From Haliotis rufescens (Eukaryota): a stretch of 64,000 bases of DNA. The translations under genes were made by a program, and so were the position numbers. This document shows positions 28,401-37,547 of the stretch, in pieces. The notes under the pieces were generated by a model. The model was given only the letters and a program-made list of their open reading frames with translations, was not told the DNA's origin and ran no database searches. The stretch lies in NCBI RefSeq assembly GCF_023055435.1, contig NW_025963779.1, forward strand, positions 88,598,001 through 88,662,000, read 5' to 3'. Each line of letters begins with the position of its first letter. Position 1 is the stretch's first letter.

Positions 28401-31400
28401 CTGAGCACCAGTTCATTGTCAGATGACCAGGTAGTTAAGATATTCCTATTGCATTATTGCTATTATATGTATTACATCGCCAAATTGGACGGCTTCATTT
28501 GTAGTTAGGCCAGGCATTGTTATATTATTGGCGAGACATGGAACTCACACATAGCTGGCCTCATGGCCACATACAAAGCATGGGATTGGAAAGGATTCTC
28601 TTTTTAGCTTGCGACAAATTGACTTTGAGGTGATACAATTTTATTTTCGTATTTTTTTTCAACAAACTAACTATTGTTTCTTATTTAGATTGAAGCATTT
28701 GCAATTTTCTTGGAACATATGCACCAATATCTATAAGATGATGGAATCCCAAAGATTAGAATTAACATATTTAAAATATGTGAGTTTGTCCTGATGAGAG
28801 AGATAATGTTTGTTGTTTCATTGTTTGTTGTGTCCAAGGTGGCCAGCTTCCTGTCTGTTTCAATCATCAAGGCTCTCAAGGTCAGCATGGGAGGGCAGTC
28901 AGGTCAAGGTCAGTGAATAGAGTGTCGAAACACTAATGAGTCACAGCACTTCATATAAGCTGTAATACATCTGAACAAATGAACTCCAATCTGTCCAGAC
29001 AATAATATGTTCCTTTATTATTGCGAGCAAGGAGAACTCACCTTTTTCACATTAATTTCATGCTTGCATTATTTAATGATTTATAGTATATCTTGTTAGG
29101 TTCTTGTTGTCACTTCTCAAATTTATCTCCAAATTTATCTCTAAGTTTTCTAATGCCTCAGAAATCTGATGTAATATATTCTTCTTAGTATAAAGGCCCC
29201 CAGCCCTCCAGATCTGATGTAATATATTGTTGTAGGTCATGTTTGACTGGTTGATATATTGTTGTAGGTCATGTTTGACCAGTTAATCTACAGTCAAGTC
29301 CTGTTAATCTGACGTGGTTGGTTGCATATGATTATGTCAGATTAACGAGTATGTCTGATAAACGAAATTAAGTTGTATCAGCGTTCGTGATCGAAAATCG
29401 GACAACTTCACGATAGATAAGGATGCAAACACGTTGTCATAAAAAAATGAGATATGAAATATTCATATTGTTATATTACATTGTTAGCAGAATATATTTT
29501 CTAATCATGCAAACTCTAAAGCTTAACACAAAACTACAGTTAGGGTGTATGACTGATTCAAGATATTTTAAAAAGCATAGTCTGGAATGGAAGTTGCCAG
29601 TTTGAAACTAGTGCCGCAAAGCTCAAGAAAGCTGCTTTCTTAGCAGTTAATGTCGACTCCCTGTTAGTCATTTCATTGGTCGGTCAAAGTTTGCGAAAGG
29701 TCGTTCTGACGTGATCAGTAATTGGATGTTCTCAGCGGTAGCGAGAACTTGTATCTGATTTTAATGATATTGAGGTAATCTAAGCATGTGATTAATCCTG
29801 TTTTGTTAATTTAAAGCCTTAAATGTTTATTGTTAAGCAAGTTTATCTCTGCAGCTGTTGTACTATGTAGCTATCAGCCGACTCGTCTCGCATCAAAACA
29901 CGGGGCTGTGTAGTCGCGGGCAGATGACCATGGATCACTGTGTAGGATTAACGAGACTGATTAATGAGTGATTTCGATGAAATTAGGTGTGTTGGAGTCG
30001 GAGTGCGAGATTAAGGGGTCTAAATAGCACTGATTTAATCGGTTCCTGTCATTAGTGTCAGATAAAGCCGAGTGTGAGATTAACGAGACTTGACTGAATT
30101 CTTATAGGTATGAAGGCCTCCAGCCCCCGAGACCTGATGTTCAACCCCATCGAGAGGATCTCCATGTTTGACCAGTTCATCAAGCTGTGTAAGGAACCAT
30201 CCCGTCTTGGGGAGAACCTGCTGGAGGCCTCCCTGGCCCTGGGCGACTGCTCCGACGACCTGCACTCCAGTGGCCAGAGTAAGACAACTATTCCTGTATC
30301 ATGAATACTCAGCAGTGTACAAGCTAAGGGTGACTGACAAGGGGCTCTTGTCATGGTGCTGGGGGCAGGGGTGGCCCAGTAGTCTAAGGCGCCACGACTC
30401 TCTGTGCAGAGTTGCATCCCTTGGGCACGCCAGAAACCTATGATTGTGGATTCGAATCCCGGTTCGCCCCGAATATGTTTCTAGGTTTGTCAGCACCTTA
30501 CCCGCACTCGTGGGTTTCACCAAAGTGGTAAACGTCTGAGACCTGCATCATTTCGGGCTTTCCTCCCACATTAAGCTGACTTGCCGCGATATAACTGGAA
30601 TATTGTTAAAAGCGGCGTTAAACCCACCTCACTCACTCACTGTCATAGTGCTAATGATAGATTTAGGGGTCCCAAGATCCAAATACAGTAGTCAAAGTGC
30701 TCTCTGATAGTGTGACAGCTATGAGAGTTAAAACAAAACTATTATCTGTAAGCTGTGTCATGTAACTACGTAATTTGATTCCTTCAGTCACAGCCATCCT
30801 GTTTATTTTATGCTAAAATATTAGTGAATCATTTGTCTACCAATCATCAATGTGAATGTATTTGTAATGATAACTAATTGGTCAAACCCTACACAAATCC
30901 AACAGTTGCCATGGGAACTGATTACCTAGAATATATGGAGCTTGATAGGTTTGATACGGCCACTTGTCCACAAGTGTTCATTTTGAAATCTGCCATCTGT
31001 CCACTGGTTCGAGATGAGCAAATGCTCCTATTTACAGTATCCCCTACAGCCCTCCCCTGACTGTCACACTGTAGCAATAGATATACAATGTACCACATTG
31101 TATTAGGGTGCCCACATCCGTCTGCTCACCTGTGTGTCTTGCTTGTAGCCCTGTCCATACAGACGGAGCTGATGATCATGGCGCACGACTGCCACACCGT
31201 GGCCTGCAACATGGAGGGCATCTCACACGTGCTGCGCGCTGCACGCATCTGCACCGACAGTCTCACGCATGCAGAGGAGTTCTCCCTGATGGTAATACAG
31301 AGAACAGCTGCCATGGTGGCATCTCTGCATGAACTGCAATTAGGAGATAAACCTACTGTGTTTTGAAACTTGATTTAATTCCACTATAAAATAATAAATA

Positions 31401-34400
31401 ACAAACACGCTTATAACAAACTGCATATATAACAAACTGTTTTCTTAGTCCTGTCCATATGCTATATGTATGCTAATAACGAACTACGGTTATAACAAAA
31501 TTAAAATAGTTGCCCTTTCAAGTTTGTTATAGCCGTAGTTTATTGTACCCCTTATTTTAATTTTGGACGAGCGTTTCAGGAGATCAAGGGTAGTACATTC
31601 CTAGCAACTAATGAGATCAAGGATCTTTCAGTTTTTTATAGATGATGCCTGACAAATGTCACTGTTCAAGATGACAAATGCAACATGCTCTGCCAATCTT
31701 TGTTTCAGATTCGGCTGCTGACTGGAGTGGGCCGGTTCAATGAGATGACATATATCTTTGATGCCTTGAAACTCCACCACAAGTTTGAACTGCTGCTGGG
31801 GAAAGGGATGGAGAGGGTATGTACACAGCCATAATCTACCTGCATCTGGACCATGGATGTCCTTAGCCATGCCAGGATCTGCTGATACACAGATTCACAT
31901 GCGATTCTGACCCTTGGTCTGTCAGCTCCATACCTGTATTTGTTGGATTCATCGAAGTCATCGAAGTCATCGAATTCACTCACTCACTCACTCACTCACT
32001 CACTCACTCACTCACTCACTCACTCACTCACTCACTCACTCACTCACTCACTCACTCACTCAGAAGATCTAAGTTAGAATTGGCCTTCAGCAGCTCATGT
32101 AAGAGGCGACTAGCAGATTGAAGGCAACATAACAGATTGCCTTAAAAGGTGATTATGCTTTTCGTAAAAGGCGACTCTGCTTGTCGGGATCGGGTCGTCA
32201 GGCTCACTGACATAGTTGATGCATGTCATCATATCCCAGTTGCATAGATCGATGCTCATGATGTCAATCACTGGATTGTCTAGTCCAGACCCAATTATTT
32301 ACAGACTGCCTTCATATAGTTCGAATATTGCTGAATGCTGCATTAAACAACGAACAAACAAAGAAACAAAAACTATTATACTAAAATCTACGGAAATTAT
32401 TACCCGTGCGCAGTTCAGATTTATGCTGTTGAAAGGCTGCAGAAACTTCTTCCCTGCCCACTGTTTGATCATGATGTCATGTGTGCCTCTATATTGTGTG
32501 TAAAAACATTATCTGGGAATCCTGAAAGAGTTGGTGTTTGTTCCTGCCAGGGCGACAACTTGAAGACGGCAGTACTGGACTACCTGAAGCGCTTCCACCC
32601 CGAGGACAAGGACAGCTACACCATGGTGGCTCACAAGTTCATGATGCATCGCGAGATAGCTCACATGCTGGAGGAGTATGGCTGCCGGAACCTGAAGGCC
32701 CTCAAAGACAAACCCTTAGGTAGGGAGGAAGGGGGACATGGTTAGGTTGATAAAGTCTCGTTCATCTGGGTCCATGATTTGAAACAACTGTAGGTCTGTC
32801 AGTGGTTTCAAAGTCTCTACAGAATGTCCTTGACATTGAACTACCGTCATAGTGTTAAGAGAGTGCAGCTGCTGTGCAGGGTTTTATGTCTGTTTTTCTT
32901 GTCTGTGATGTAAACACTTGTCTGAGAGTTACAGCTGCATCAGTCAATAGGGATCCAGCCGGTCAGAGACATTTGATCTTACCATAACTACCGGTAACGT
33001 CCAAGCATGCTGAGACTAAAATGTTAACTCTGCACCTATTGTCTTCTGAACTCACTGAATGTTTTGCACATGACAGGAGATAAAAGTGTCATGTGTTCGT
33101 TTTTTCAACCACATTGAATTAAGTCTTATGTTGTTCTCGAGTGATAGTGTCACACTGTGAAGTGTGGAGCTCTCAACCTCTCAAGCTATTACTGTATTTT
33201 ACATTAAATTTGAAATTCTATTGCTTAAAACTGCGACCATATCATAATCCAATGTAAGGAAAAGTAATGGCCACATACTGTTTGATACAAATGTGCAAAA
33301 TGCCATCAATATTACAAACTAAAGTGGTGCAACTGCAGCCCAAGGGAGATAAGTCAGTAAGGCGTTGTCTGTACTCAGGGCCGGTGTCAGTGAGAGACTA
33401 CACGGAGTTACGGATTATCGTATTATCTGTCCTGAGTGATTTAATGTTGTAAGTTCCGAGTGTTCACAAGTTGCAAGATGTTAAGTCTTACACAGATACA
33501 TGCAATGTGTCTCATTTGTAAGGTAAAGAACGAAAGATGACATCATCTTTAATTGTTTGCAGTAATGTGGTCACATGATGTCATGTTACTGTAAACCTCT
33601 TTGCAAGCAATGGATCTATCAACATGCAGCAAACATGTTAATGCTCACAGAGAATAACTGAAATAATTTTGCCAATATCTGTGGCCCATGGACGAAAAGT
33701 TCTTTTCGACACATAGATCAACGTTCTTCAAAACCAGTTAGTCAGATCAAAATGTTTAATTGTCATAATTTTAGAAACCTTAACGCTCCGTGAGCTGAAT
33801 CTATTGTAGGATGTACCATGTAGCAGTACACGGGCCTGTATTTTGATAAGAATGTATGGAGAATCTTGGTATTAAATATATCAACACGAGTCAATAAAAG
33901 TTTGACATCTGTTTGAAGAAGTAGCAGATTCTTTGAGTTGGCAACCAATCTGTTTTCTTTACATCTGACAGAGAACACGCGAGATATCCAGGAGAATCTT
34001 AAAAGAAGCGCCCAGTACTTCTCCGATGCTGCTGAAAGCTACGTTAAGGTACATGGTGCTGTCTGTTCTATTAAGGAGACTGACTATTGTGGGCAGTGGA
34101 ACAGCTGTTGCAGTACTATTCATGTCCCCACAATGCAGATTTCTCAACTTTATTTAGAATGGTGTCAAGCCCAACCTAAGATGTTCATTTTAGTATCGTT
34201 TATTTCCTAGGCACAGACCATCTATCAGTAAATGCCTTATAAAATGTTATATTATATAATAAAATATATTATCCACGATAATATTCCAGCATTAAAATAT
34301 AGTTAAACACTATTTTGTCAAACTTTGATATGTCAAATAAAAACTTGGTCCCTGCGCATTCTTTCTTTATTCATCATTTTACGGTTGTGTCGAACTTCGG

Positions 34401-35725
34401 ATAACTTGAAGTATGTCCTGTCAACTTCGACACAACGGTGTTTGACTGTATTTGAACTTTGACTTTTAACATCTGAATGTGCACATTTCCTAGTGCATGT
34501 GATAAGCAATGTTTCAACCGTCATAGTTGGAATATTGAGTGCAGCATGAAACATGGAAATAAACAAAGCTATATATTGTGATGAATTATAAATATTCTTT
34601 TTAATGTCCAAGAAGCTAACATTTGCTACTGCTTTCAGGACAGCTGTCTCCGTCATGCACATCAGTGTCTGCGTCAAGCGCGTCTGCTGGAGCTACAACT
34701 TCAGCACCTGTCGTCAGGGGTCCAGGTCGTCAACCTCTCCCCAGAGGGCGTGACAGCCCTCATCTCACAACACCCCAAGTTTGTCGAGGTATGACTAGGA
34801 AAAATATGAAAATTGTTTTGTTTTATTTTTCAAAGTTTATATACATACATATTCCTTTCTAGTGATTATCGTCGTGTGTATCGTTATATATGTGCAATAT
34901 TTGAGATTGCTTCAATGACTTCATATTCAGACTGGGCAGGGGGCTAGCCTGATTACTTGGCCCCGCTATGATGTGGTGTGGATATTGCTAAAGACTGCAT
35001 GAAGCCAAACTCATTCATGTAGCAGCTTCTTATTTTCAGTCCCTGATTGTCAGTGAGGCTTATGGGAAACGTGCCAACTGGTCTGAGGCCATCTATTACA
35101 ACATCATCCTGAACGGCGACTTCCGCTACCTCCAGGATCTTCGGTCACACATTCGCCTCACAGCTCCCATGATACAGGAGGCCATAAACAGGTACACCCC
35201 AGCATTGCTGCACAGGGGTTACATGTATTTCCAATAGACTTTGTTTCCACGATACACAACTTTATGTAGTGATACTGTTATATCGATACTTGGATCATAT
35301 TATGATATGTATTGTGATACCTATATAATACAGGAGTATTCATGAATGGAATTTGGAGAAACGTAGTACACATGATCTCTATGATGGGGTCTCGATTGCA
35401 TCAACATTTGGGTCACCAGGTAATGTGAACTAAAGGTTATTTAATTCAAACTGCAGACAATTCTTATGAACTAATCCTAATCGATAACAAGTAACGAGAG
35501 CAAGCAACAAGATCACCTGTGTATTATGTTTCCAGGTTCCAGCAGTCAGCAAACAACGCCCCACAACAACAACACATGAACAACATCAAGAAGTTGTTGC
35601 CGTTCTGCAAGGATGTACGGTTGCAGTACAACATAGCAAAGGATCTGCAGCTGAATGACGTTGTTACCTCAATGTTGAAGAATGACTCGTGGAACTATCT
35701 GACAGACATCGTCGCCATGTCGTAG
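1215..35725 (+). CDS. SPG11: Spatacsin (SPG11) orthologue, 3' portion, 32 coding exons (5' end outside window)
   Basis: Exons 1215-1418, 2661-2755, 4219-4364, 4691-4846, 6153-6219, 7940-8111, 10329-10555, 14066-14174, 14913-15072, 16413-16608, 17634-17717, 18251-18402, 19270-19464, 20922-21029, 22322-22505, 22981-23195, 24312-24449, 25199-25357, 25858-26007, 26708-26824, 27188-27320, 28008-28153, 28293-28430, 28839-28908, 30108-30278, 31149-31291, 31709-31816, 32551-32719, 33972-34048, 34639-34788, 35040-35191, 35536-35725. All are GT-AG with matching phases (sum 4681 nt = 1 + 1560 codons including stop). Recognisable spatacsin motifs: [77 protein letters not shown]. Confidence 0.93.
2083..2637. 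repeat. 25/18-bp minisatellite (tagtgaggtgtaggtattgaatgat)
   Basis: Direct inspection. Confidence 0.95.
2661..2755 (+). CDS. SPG11: SPG11 exon (LQLDKID...ICRNPD)
   Basis: tag| ... |gtaaca, phases 2/1. Confidence 0.85.
3076..3577. repeat. 33-bp minisatellite, about 15 copies
   Basis: gatcacatactgaaatccttctggggatgtttt. Confidence 0.95.
3815..4153 (+). mobile_element. tRNA-derived SINE family D (Meta-type central domain); second copy 56375-56612 (-)
   Basis: gtagagcg..gggtttgatgcc..gtcataccaaaagatgttaaaagatggtacttg..cctggcgctcagca; two dispersed copies. Confidence 0.8.
4219..4364 (+). CDS. SPG11: SPG11 exon (SEAVYQASL...PLHQ)
   Basis: ttttccag| ... |gtatga; QASL motif. Confidence 0.9.
4691..4846 (+). 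CDS. SPG11: SPG11 exon (NSDVLR...[10 protein letters not shown]...YQLLM)
   Basis: tttcag| ... |gtgggt, 52 codons. Confidence 0.9.
4955..5212. repeat. 128-bp tandem duplication including a SINE 5' junction
   Basis: tcatctgtcc at 4961 and 5089; two near-identical copies. Confidence 0.9.
5665..5815. mobile_element. Palindromic MITE-like element
   Basis: aatcttaccc..tgtcttttgatatcaa..gttgataaaagtg ... cacttttatcaac..ttgatatcaaaagaca..gggtgagatt. Confidence 0.65.
6153..6219 (+). CDS. SPG11: SPG11 exon ([22 protein letters not shown])
   Basis: cttcag| ... |gtaggc; conserved DPxRLFGWQ. Confidence 0.92.
6230..7800. repeat. 21-bp minisatellite, about 75 copies
   Basis: cacacatcacatgatataata; source of the 567/549-aa pseudo-ORFs. 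Confidence 0.97.
7940..8111 (+). CDS. SPG11: SPG11 exon (CQRLLPYFS...GRPTYAF...NKR)
   Basis: cgcag| ... |gtaggt. Confidence 0.92.
8500..8596. repeat. 11-bp tandem repeat inside an inverted-repeat element
   Basis: (ttca[t/a/c]ctggta)n. Confidence 0.85.
9000..10150. repeat. 32-bp minisatellite, about 36 copies
   Basis: atatagactggtgcattatagctgataatgat. Confidence 0.97.
10173..10310 (+). mobile_element. SINE family A
   Basis: Same head and tail as 59552. Confidence 0.75.
10329..10555 (+). CDS. SPG11: SPG11 exon (INTVCGV...ACVAFVEM...EEEV)
   Basis: ttccag| ... |gtaagt. Confidence 0.9.
10968..11158 (+). mobile_element. SINE family B (internally deleted), runs into the 37-bp array
   Basis: gtggcccagtcgtctaaggcgccgc...gggttcgaatcc. 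Confidence 0.85.
11157..13093. repeat. 37-bp minisatellite, about 52 copies, highly homogeneous
   Basis: tgagactcaaaccccatgtcaccagtcagcaccacac. Confidence 0.97.
13381..13783 (+). mobile_element. Degenerate composite SINE (A-like head, B-like body)
   Basis: ggggcggt... head, ttgaatcc..tttctaggttt..gacctgcatcact, (ACTC)n tail. Confidence 0.6.
13968..14044. repeat. poly-C, (CA)n and (CACT)n simple repeats
   Basis: Direct inspection. Confidence 0.9.
14066..14174 (+). CDS. SPG11: SPG11 exon (DLLLNC...KKGIN)
   Basis: tacag| ... |gtcggt, phases 1/2. Confidence 0.85.
14913..15072 (+). CDS. SPG11: SPG11 exon (TSFDAAHQW...[10 protein letters not shown])
   Basis: cccag| ... |gttcgt; WLxF...QLH motif. 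Confidence 0.9.
15073..15567. repeat. 30-bp minisatellite starting at a splice donor
   Basis: gtcattcgtgtaacactcagtactgatgat. Confidence 0.95.
16012..16116. mobile_element. Palindromic MITE-like element
   Basis: gtcgttgtttat.g.acaataaaa.actgc ... gcagtattttattgtacaataaacaacgac. Confidence 0.65.
16413..16608 (+). CDS. SPG11: SPG11 exon (LQGLLHQF...LSKGR)
   Basis: atcag| (alternative in-frame AG would start at 16419) ... |gtaggt. Confidence 0.8.
16706..17584. repeat. (CCA/T)-rich low-complexity repeat with two assembly gaps (N 16828-17261, 17409-17584)
   Basis: ccacccatccaccaacc units and N runs. Confidence 0.95.
17634..17717 (+). CDS. SPG11: SPG11 exon (NASSDEED...DQSQP)
   Basis: cctcag| ... 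|gtgagc, phase 1/1. Confidence 0.75.
18251..18402 (+). CDS. SPG11: SPG11 exon (DLTLTED...LAACQQ)
   Basis: ttgtag| ... |gtatag. Confidence 0.88.
19270..19464 (+). CDS. SPG11: SPG11 exon ([11 protein letters not shown]...GFDIFQT)
   Basis: ttcag| ... |gtaagt. Confidence 0.9.
20217..20900. repeat. 52-bp minisatellite, about 13 copies
   Basis: gttgacctacagaatgacagccgatgtgactgagctcgttcaaccaatattt. Confidence 0.96.
20922..21029 (+). CDS. SPG11: SPG11 exon (YSPLLPF...DAMSN)
   Basis: tttcag| ... |gtaatt. Confidence 0.88.
21438..21770 (-). mobile_element. SINE family B with a nested SINE family A (21518-21691)
   Basis: TSD actttggtga at 21508-21517 and 21692-21701. Confidence 0.8.
22043..22217. mobile_element. 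Short TA-flanked MITE (related copy at about 31385-31547)
   Basis: ta-cagtaaaa ... tttactg-ta with internal ttataacgaac repeats. Confidence 0.75.
22322..22505 (+). CDS. SPG11: SPG11 exon (YREGRR...VFSFD)
   Basis: ttgcag| ... |gtatga. Confidence 0.87.
22981..23195 (+). CDS. SPG11: SPG11 exon (PDYSRL...ITLKE)
   Basis: gacag| ... |gtagca. Confidence 0.88.
23745..23860. mobile_element. Palindromic (fold-back) MITE
   Basis: ggatccacttgcacaaagcg.tcttagcgctaaga ... tcttagcgctaagatcgctttgtgcaagtggatcc. Confidence 0.75.
24312..24449 (+). CDS. SPG11: SPG11 exon (MLTEKE...RFWRSC...DFFK)
   Basis: tttcag| ... |gtaaga. Confidence 0.88.
25199..25357 (+). CDS. SPG11: SPG11 exon (LEAETID...QMWHCRI...QQK)
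   Basis: ttcag| ... |gtaaca. Confidence 0.87.
25389..25542. repeat. 22-bp tandem repeat, about 7 copies
   Basis: actactgcctcaccccacctg[g/c]. Confidence 0.93.
25858..26007 (+). CDS. SPG11: SPG11 exon (GESEES...VSTE)
   Basis: gacag| ... |gtacag, 50 codons. Confidence 0.8.
26160..26500 (-). mobile_element. Degenerate CORE-type SINE
   Basis: Minus strand ccttgggcaagtgacttt..gcctctgttcacccagc.gtgagtgggtacc; tail ctttgagc..gtgcgcaatataaatg. Confidence 0.6.
26708..26824 (+). CDS. SPG11: SPG11 exon ([16 protein letters not shown]...AIIL)
   Basis: tttcag| ... |gtaagt; LIGxLLDxG motif. Confidence 0.92.
26832..27097 (+). mobile_element. SINE-like family C (other copies 1444-1655, 14545-14790, 32062-32365, 37260-37520, 46321-46481, 55633-55801, 60849-61074, 7798-7900 partial)
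   Basis: cc.gtgaagatcc.gg.tagaa.aggtcttcagcaacccatgc..taagaggcgacta..ggtcaggctcgctgac..ctggattgtctggtccagact..(AAAC)n tail. Confidence 0.85.
27188..27320 (+). CDS. SPG11: SPG11 exon (TCVRLS...RTAS)
   Basis: tttcag| ... |gtaagt. Confidence 0.88.
27343..27723. repeat. 31-bp minisatellite, about 12 copies, each carrying CCACTAGAGGGAGC
   Basis: gttcagttg[t/g]accactagagggagct[gggta/gtgtt]. Confidence 0.95.
27764..27965 (+). mobile_element. SINE family A (internal duplication)
   Basis: Same head and tail; cccacatgggtacattgtgtgaatctc duplicated. Confidence 0.8.
28008..28153 (+). CDS. SPG11: SPG11 exon (VSLAT...CNHGQQCC...KVAC)
   Basis: cttcag| ... |gtatgt. Confidence 0.88.
28293..28430 (+). CDS. 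SPG11: SPG11 exon (VLDVDY...LSDDQ)
   Basis: ttacag| ... |gtagtt. Confidence 0.88.
28839..28908 (+). CDS. SPG11: SPG11 exon (VASFLS...SGQ)
   Basis: ccaag| ... |gtcagt (alternative donor after 28902 has the same phase). Confidence 0.78.
29291..30096. mobile_element. Tc1/pogo-type non-autonomous element with CAGTCAAGTC TIRs
   Basis: TA-cagtcaagtcctgttaatctgac ... gtgagattaacgagacttgactg; repeated subterminal gattaacgag motifs. Confidence 0.75.
30108..30278 (+). CDS. SPG11: SPG11 exon (MKASSP...[11 protein letters not shown]...SGQ)
   Basis: ttatag| ... |gtaaga. Confidence 0.88.
30361..30640 (+). mobile_element. SINE family B with TSD
   Basis: Near-identical to 57376-57650; TSD tgtcat(g/a)gtgct. 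Confidence 0.9.
31149..31291 (+). CDS. SPG11: SPG11 exon ([14 protein letters not shown]...FSLM)
   Basis: ttgtag| ... |gtaata; start of the conserved spatacsin C-terminal region. Confidence 0.93.
31709..31816 (+). CDS. SPG11: SPG11 exon ([18 protein letters not shown]...GMER)
   Basis: tttcag| ... |gtatgt; highly conserved motif. Confidence 0.95.
31975..32062. repeat. (CACT)n microsatellite
   Basis: Direct inspection. Confidence 0.95.
32551..32719 (+). CDS. SPG11: SPG11 exon ([14 protein letters not shown]...DKPL)
   Basis: gccag| ... |gtaggg. Confidence 0.93.
33972..34048 (+). CDS. SPG11: SPG11 exon (NTRDIQ...DAAESYVK)
   Basis: gacag| ... |gtacat. Confidence 0.92.
34639..34788 (+). CDS. 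SPG11: SPG11 exon (DSCLRHA...PKFVE)
   Basis: tttcag| ... |gtatga. Confidence 0.92.
35040..35191 (+). CDS. SPG11: SPG11 exon (SLIVSEAY...GDFRYL...AIN)
   Basis: ttttcag| ... |gtacac. Confidence 0.92.
35536..35725 (+). CDS. SPG11: SPG11 terminal coding exon (FQQS...IVAMS*)
   Basis: ttccag| ... TAG at 35723-35725. Confidence 0.9.
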
Positions 35726-36149
35726 AGCTTCAGACATGTGTTGCTTCCGTCACATCGTGTTGTCATCACTGTGCTGTGCTGCTCACTTCACAGGGGAAAA
35801 TGTTATTTATTTTAGGAGACATTTTCTTCGACAACATGACAAGAAGCTGAGGCAAGAAGGTTTCAGGGTTGTTTGAGGTAAATTTGCCTTGAAAGTTTAT
35901 TGAAAAGTTAAAAAACAACATGTTTTCCAAAAAGAAAATGTTTTCAAAATAGGTCGGCTCACAAACAGGATTATGAATTGGCCAGGCCCTATTGGAAAAA
36001 CTAAAATTATGATCAACCAAAATTTGAACAGTTTCAATGCAAAATGAAATGGAACAGGCAGAAATGTATGACATTGACAGCTCCTTCATCAAATTGCTAA
36101 AAAGTATTATTATGTTGGCATTATACTAAAGAAGTGAATTAGCAGGTGA

Positions 36150-36330
36150 TAGGTACATATGTGATATTGAATATATACCATATGTACAGATGTTATGTGA
36201 GATGTATATACCATATGTACAGATATGATTTGGGTGTATATGCTAAATGTACAAATGTATATACTACATGTACAGCTGTGATATTGAATATATACCATTA
36301 GTACAGATGTGATGTTGGATGTATATACTA
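36150..36330. repeat. Degenerate ~36-bp repeat in the SPG11 3' UTR
   Basis: Recurring atatataccatatgtacagat.tga. Confidence 0.7.
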
Positions 36331-36379
36331 TAGCCATTATGTAAACCCACTGACTCGGTTCCACTCTCTGTTCATGTGC

Positions 36380-36446
36380 AATAAACTTTTACCATATTAC
36401 TTATATTAGTATGTATCTGACAATGCTTTGTATAGTGTTAAATAAA
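36380..36446 (+). terminator. Candidate SPG11 polyadenylation signals (AATAAA at 36380 and 36441)
   Basis: Hexamers about 0.7 kb past the stop codon in an AT-rich 3' UTR; usage unverified. Confidence 0.4.
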
Positions 36447-36794
36447 ACTCCAAGCATAACATGACTTAATATTATGATAATATTGATATGATGCTCAAGT
36501 TTAAGTATGAGAATTGTCATGATTCAGTGTATATAAATAAAAGTTGCCATTGATGTATCATTTTCTATAATTTGTAAATATCAAACTGTGATTAATGCAT
36601 CTTGTCTTTCATTCATGTGTAGAATAATGTTAATATCCAGACATGTTTGTATTCATTGGATATAGCAGGTACAGGCGATGACTATCTGGCTGTACAGATC
36701 TATATGTAGGTCAGATATCACATTAGGCTTAATGAAATCTGGCTGTATAAATATATCTGTACATAAAGTATCCAAGTAAGCTTGTATCAGTTGA

Positions 36795-36960
36795 AGGGCT
36801 GTCGGGTAGCCTTGTGGTTAAAGCGTTCAGTCGCCATGCCAAAGGCCTGGGTTCGATTCCCGACATAGGTACAATGTGTGAGGCCAATTTCTGGTGTCCC
36901 GCACCGTGATATTGCTGGAATATTGATAAAAGCAGCGTTAAACCAAACTCTTTCATTCAC
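36795..36960 (+). mobile_element. SINE family A
   Basis: gggtagccttgtggttaaagcgttc..gggttcgattccc. Confidence 0.82.
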
Positions 36961-37547
36961 TATATCAGTTGCCGGTGTGGATCCAGATGGTGTGTCTGTC
37001 CAAGAAGTGCTAACATTATCATGATTTCTTTTTTTCTCCCTCACTGCAGGATGACTGAAACATATTTTGTAATAAACTATTTGTTTTGTTGAATGTAAAA
37101 ATCTTTTGTTCTTGACTGTTCAGAGAAATATTGATACATTTGATCGAGTTTGAGGTAATCTAGTAGTTGGTACCTTGTCAAAGTTGTCAGGGTTACAGTT
37201 CCATATTTGTAAAGAAGTACCAATAGATGAACAGCATCTCATCCAGGTACCGATATGTCACCCCATGGGGATTCTGGGTAGAACTTGTCACTAGCACCCC
37301 ACTGCTAGTTGTAAAAGGCACCTAACTTGGGAACCCGTGCTGACCCTAGCAAGGTATGCTAGTCAGAAGATGGATCAGGTGGTCAGGCTCTGTGACCTGG
37401 TTGATAGCATGGATCGTTGCTTATGGTGTCAATCACTGAATTGTATGGTACAGACTCAATTATGTTTTACAGGCCACCATGATACAGCTGGAGTCTACCG
37501 AGGTGTTGTATTAAAGACCGAAAGGAAACACATGCACGCACACACAC

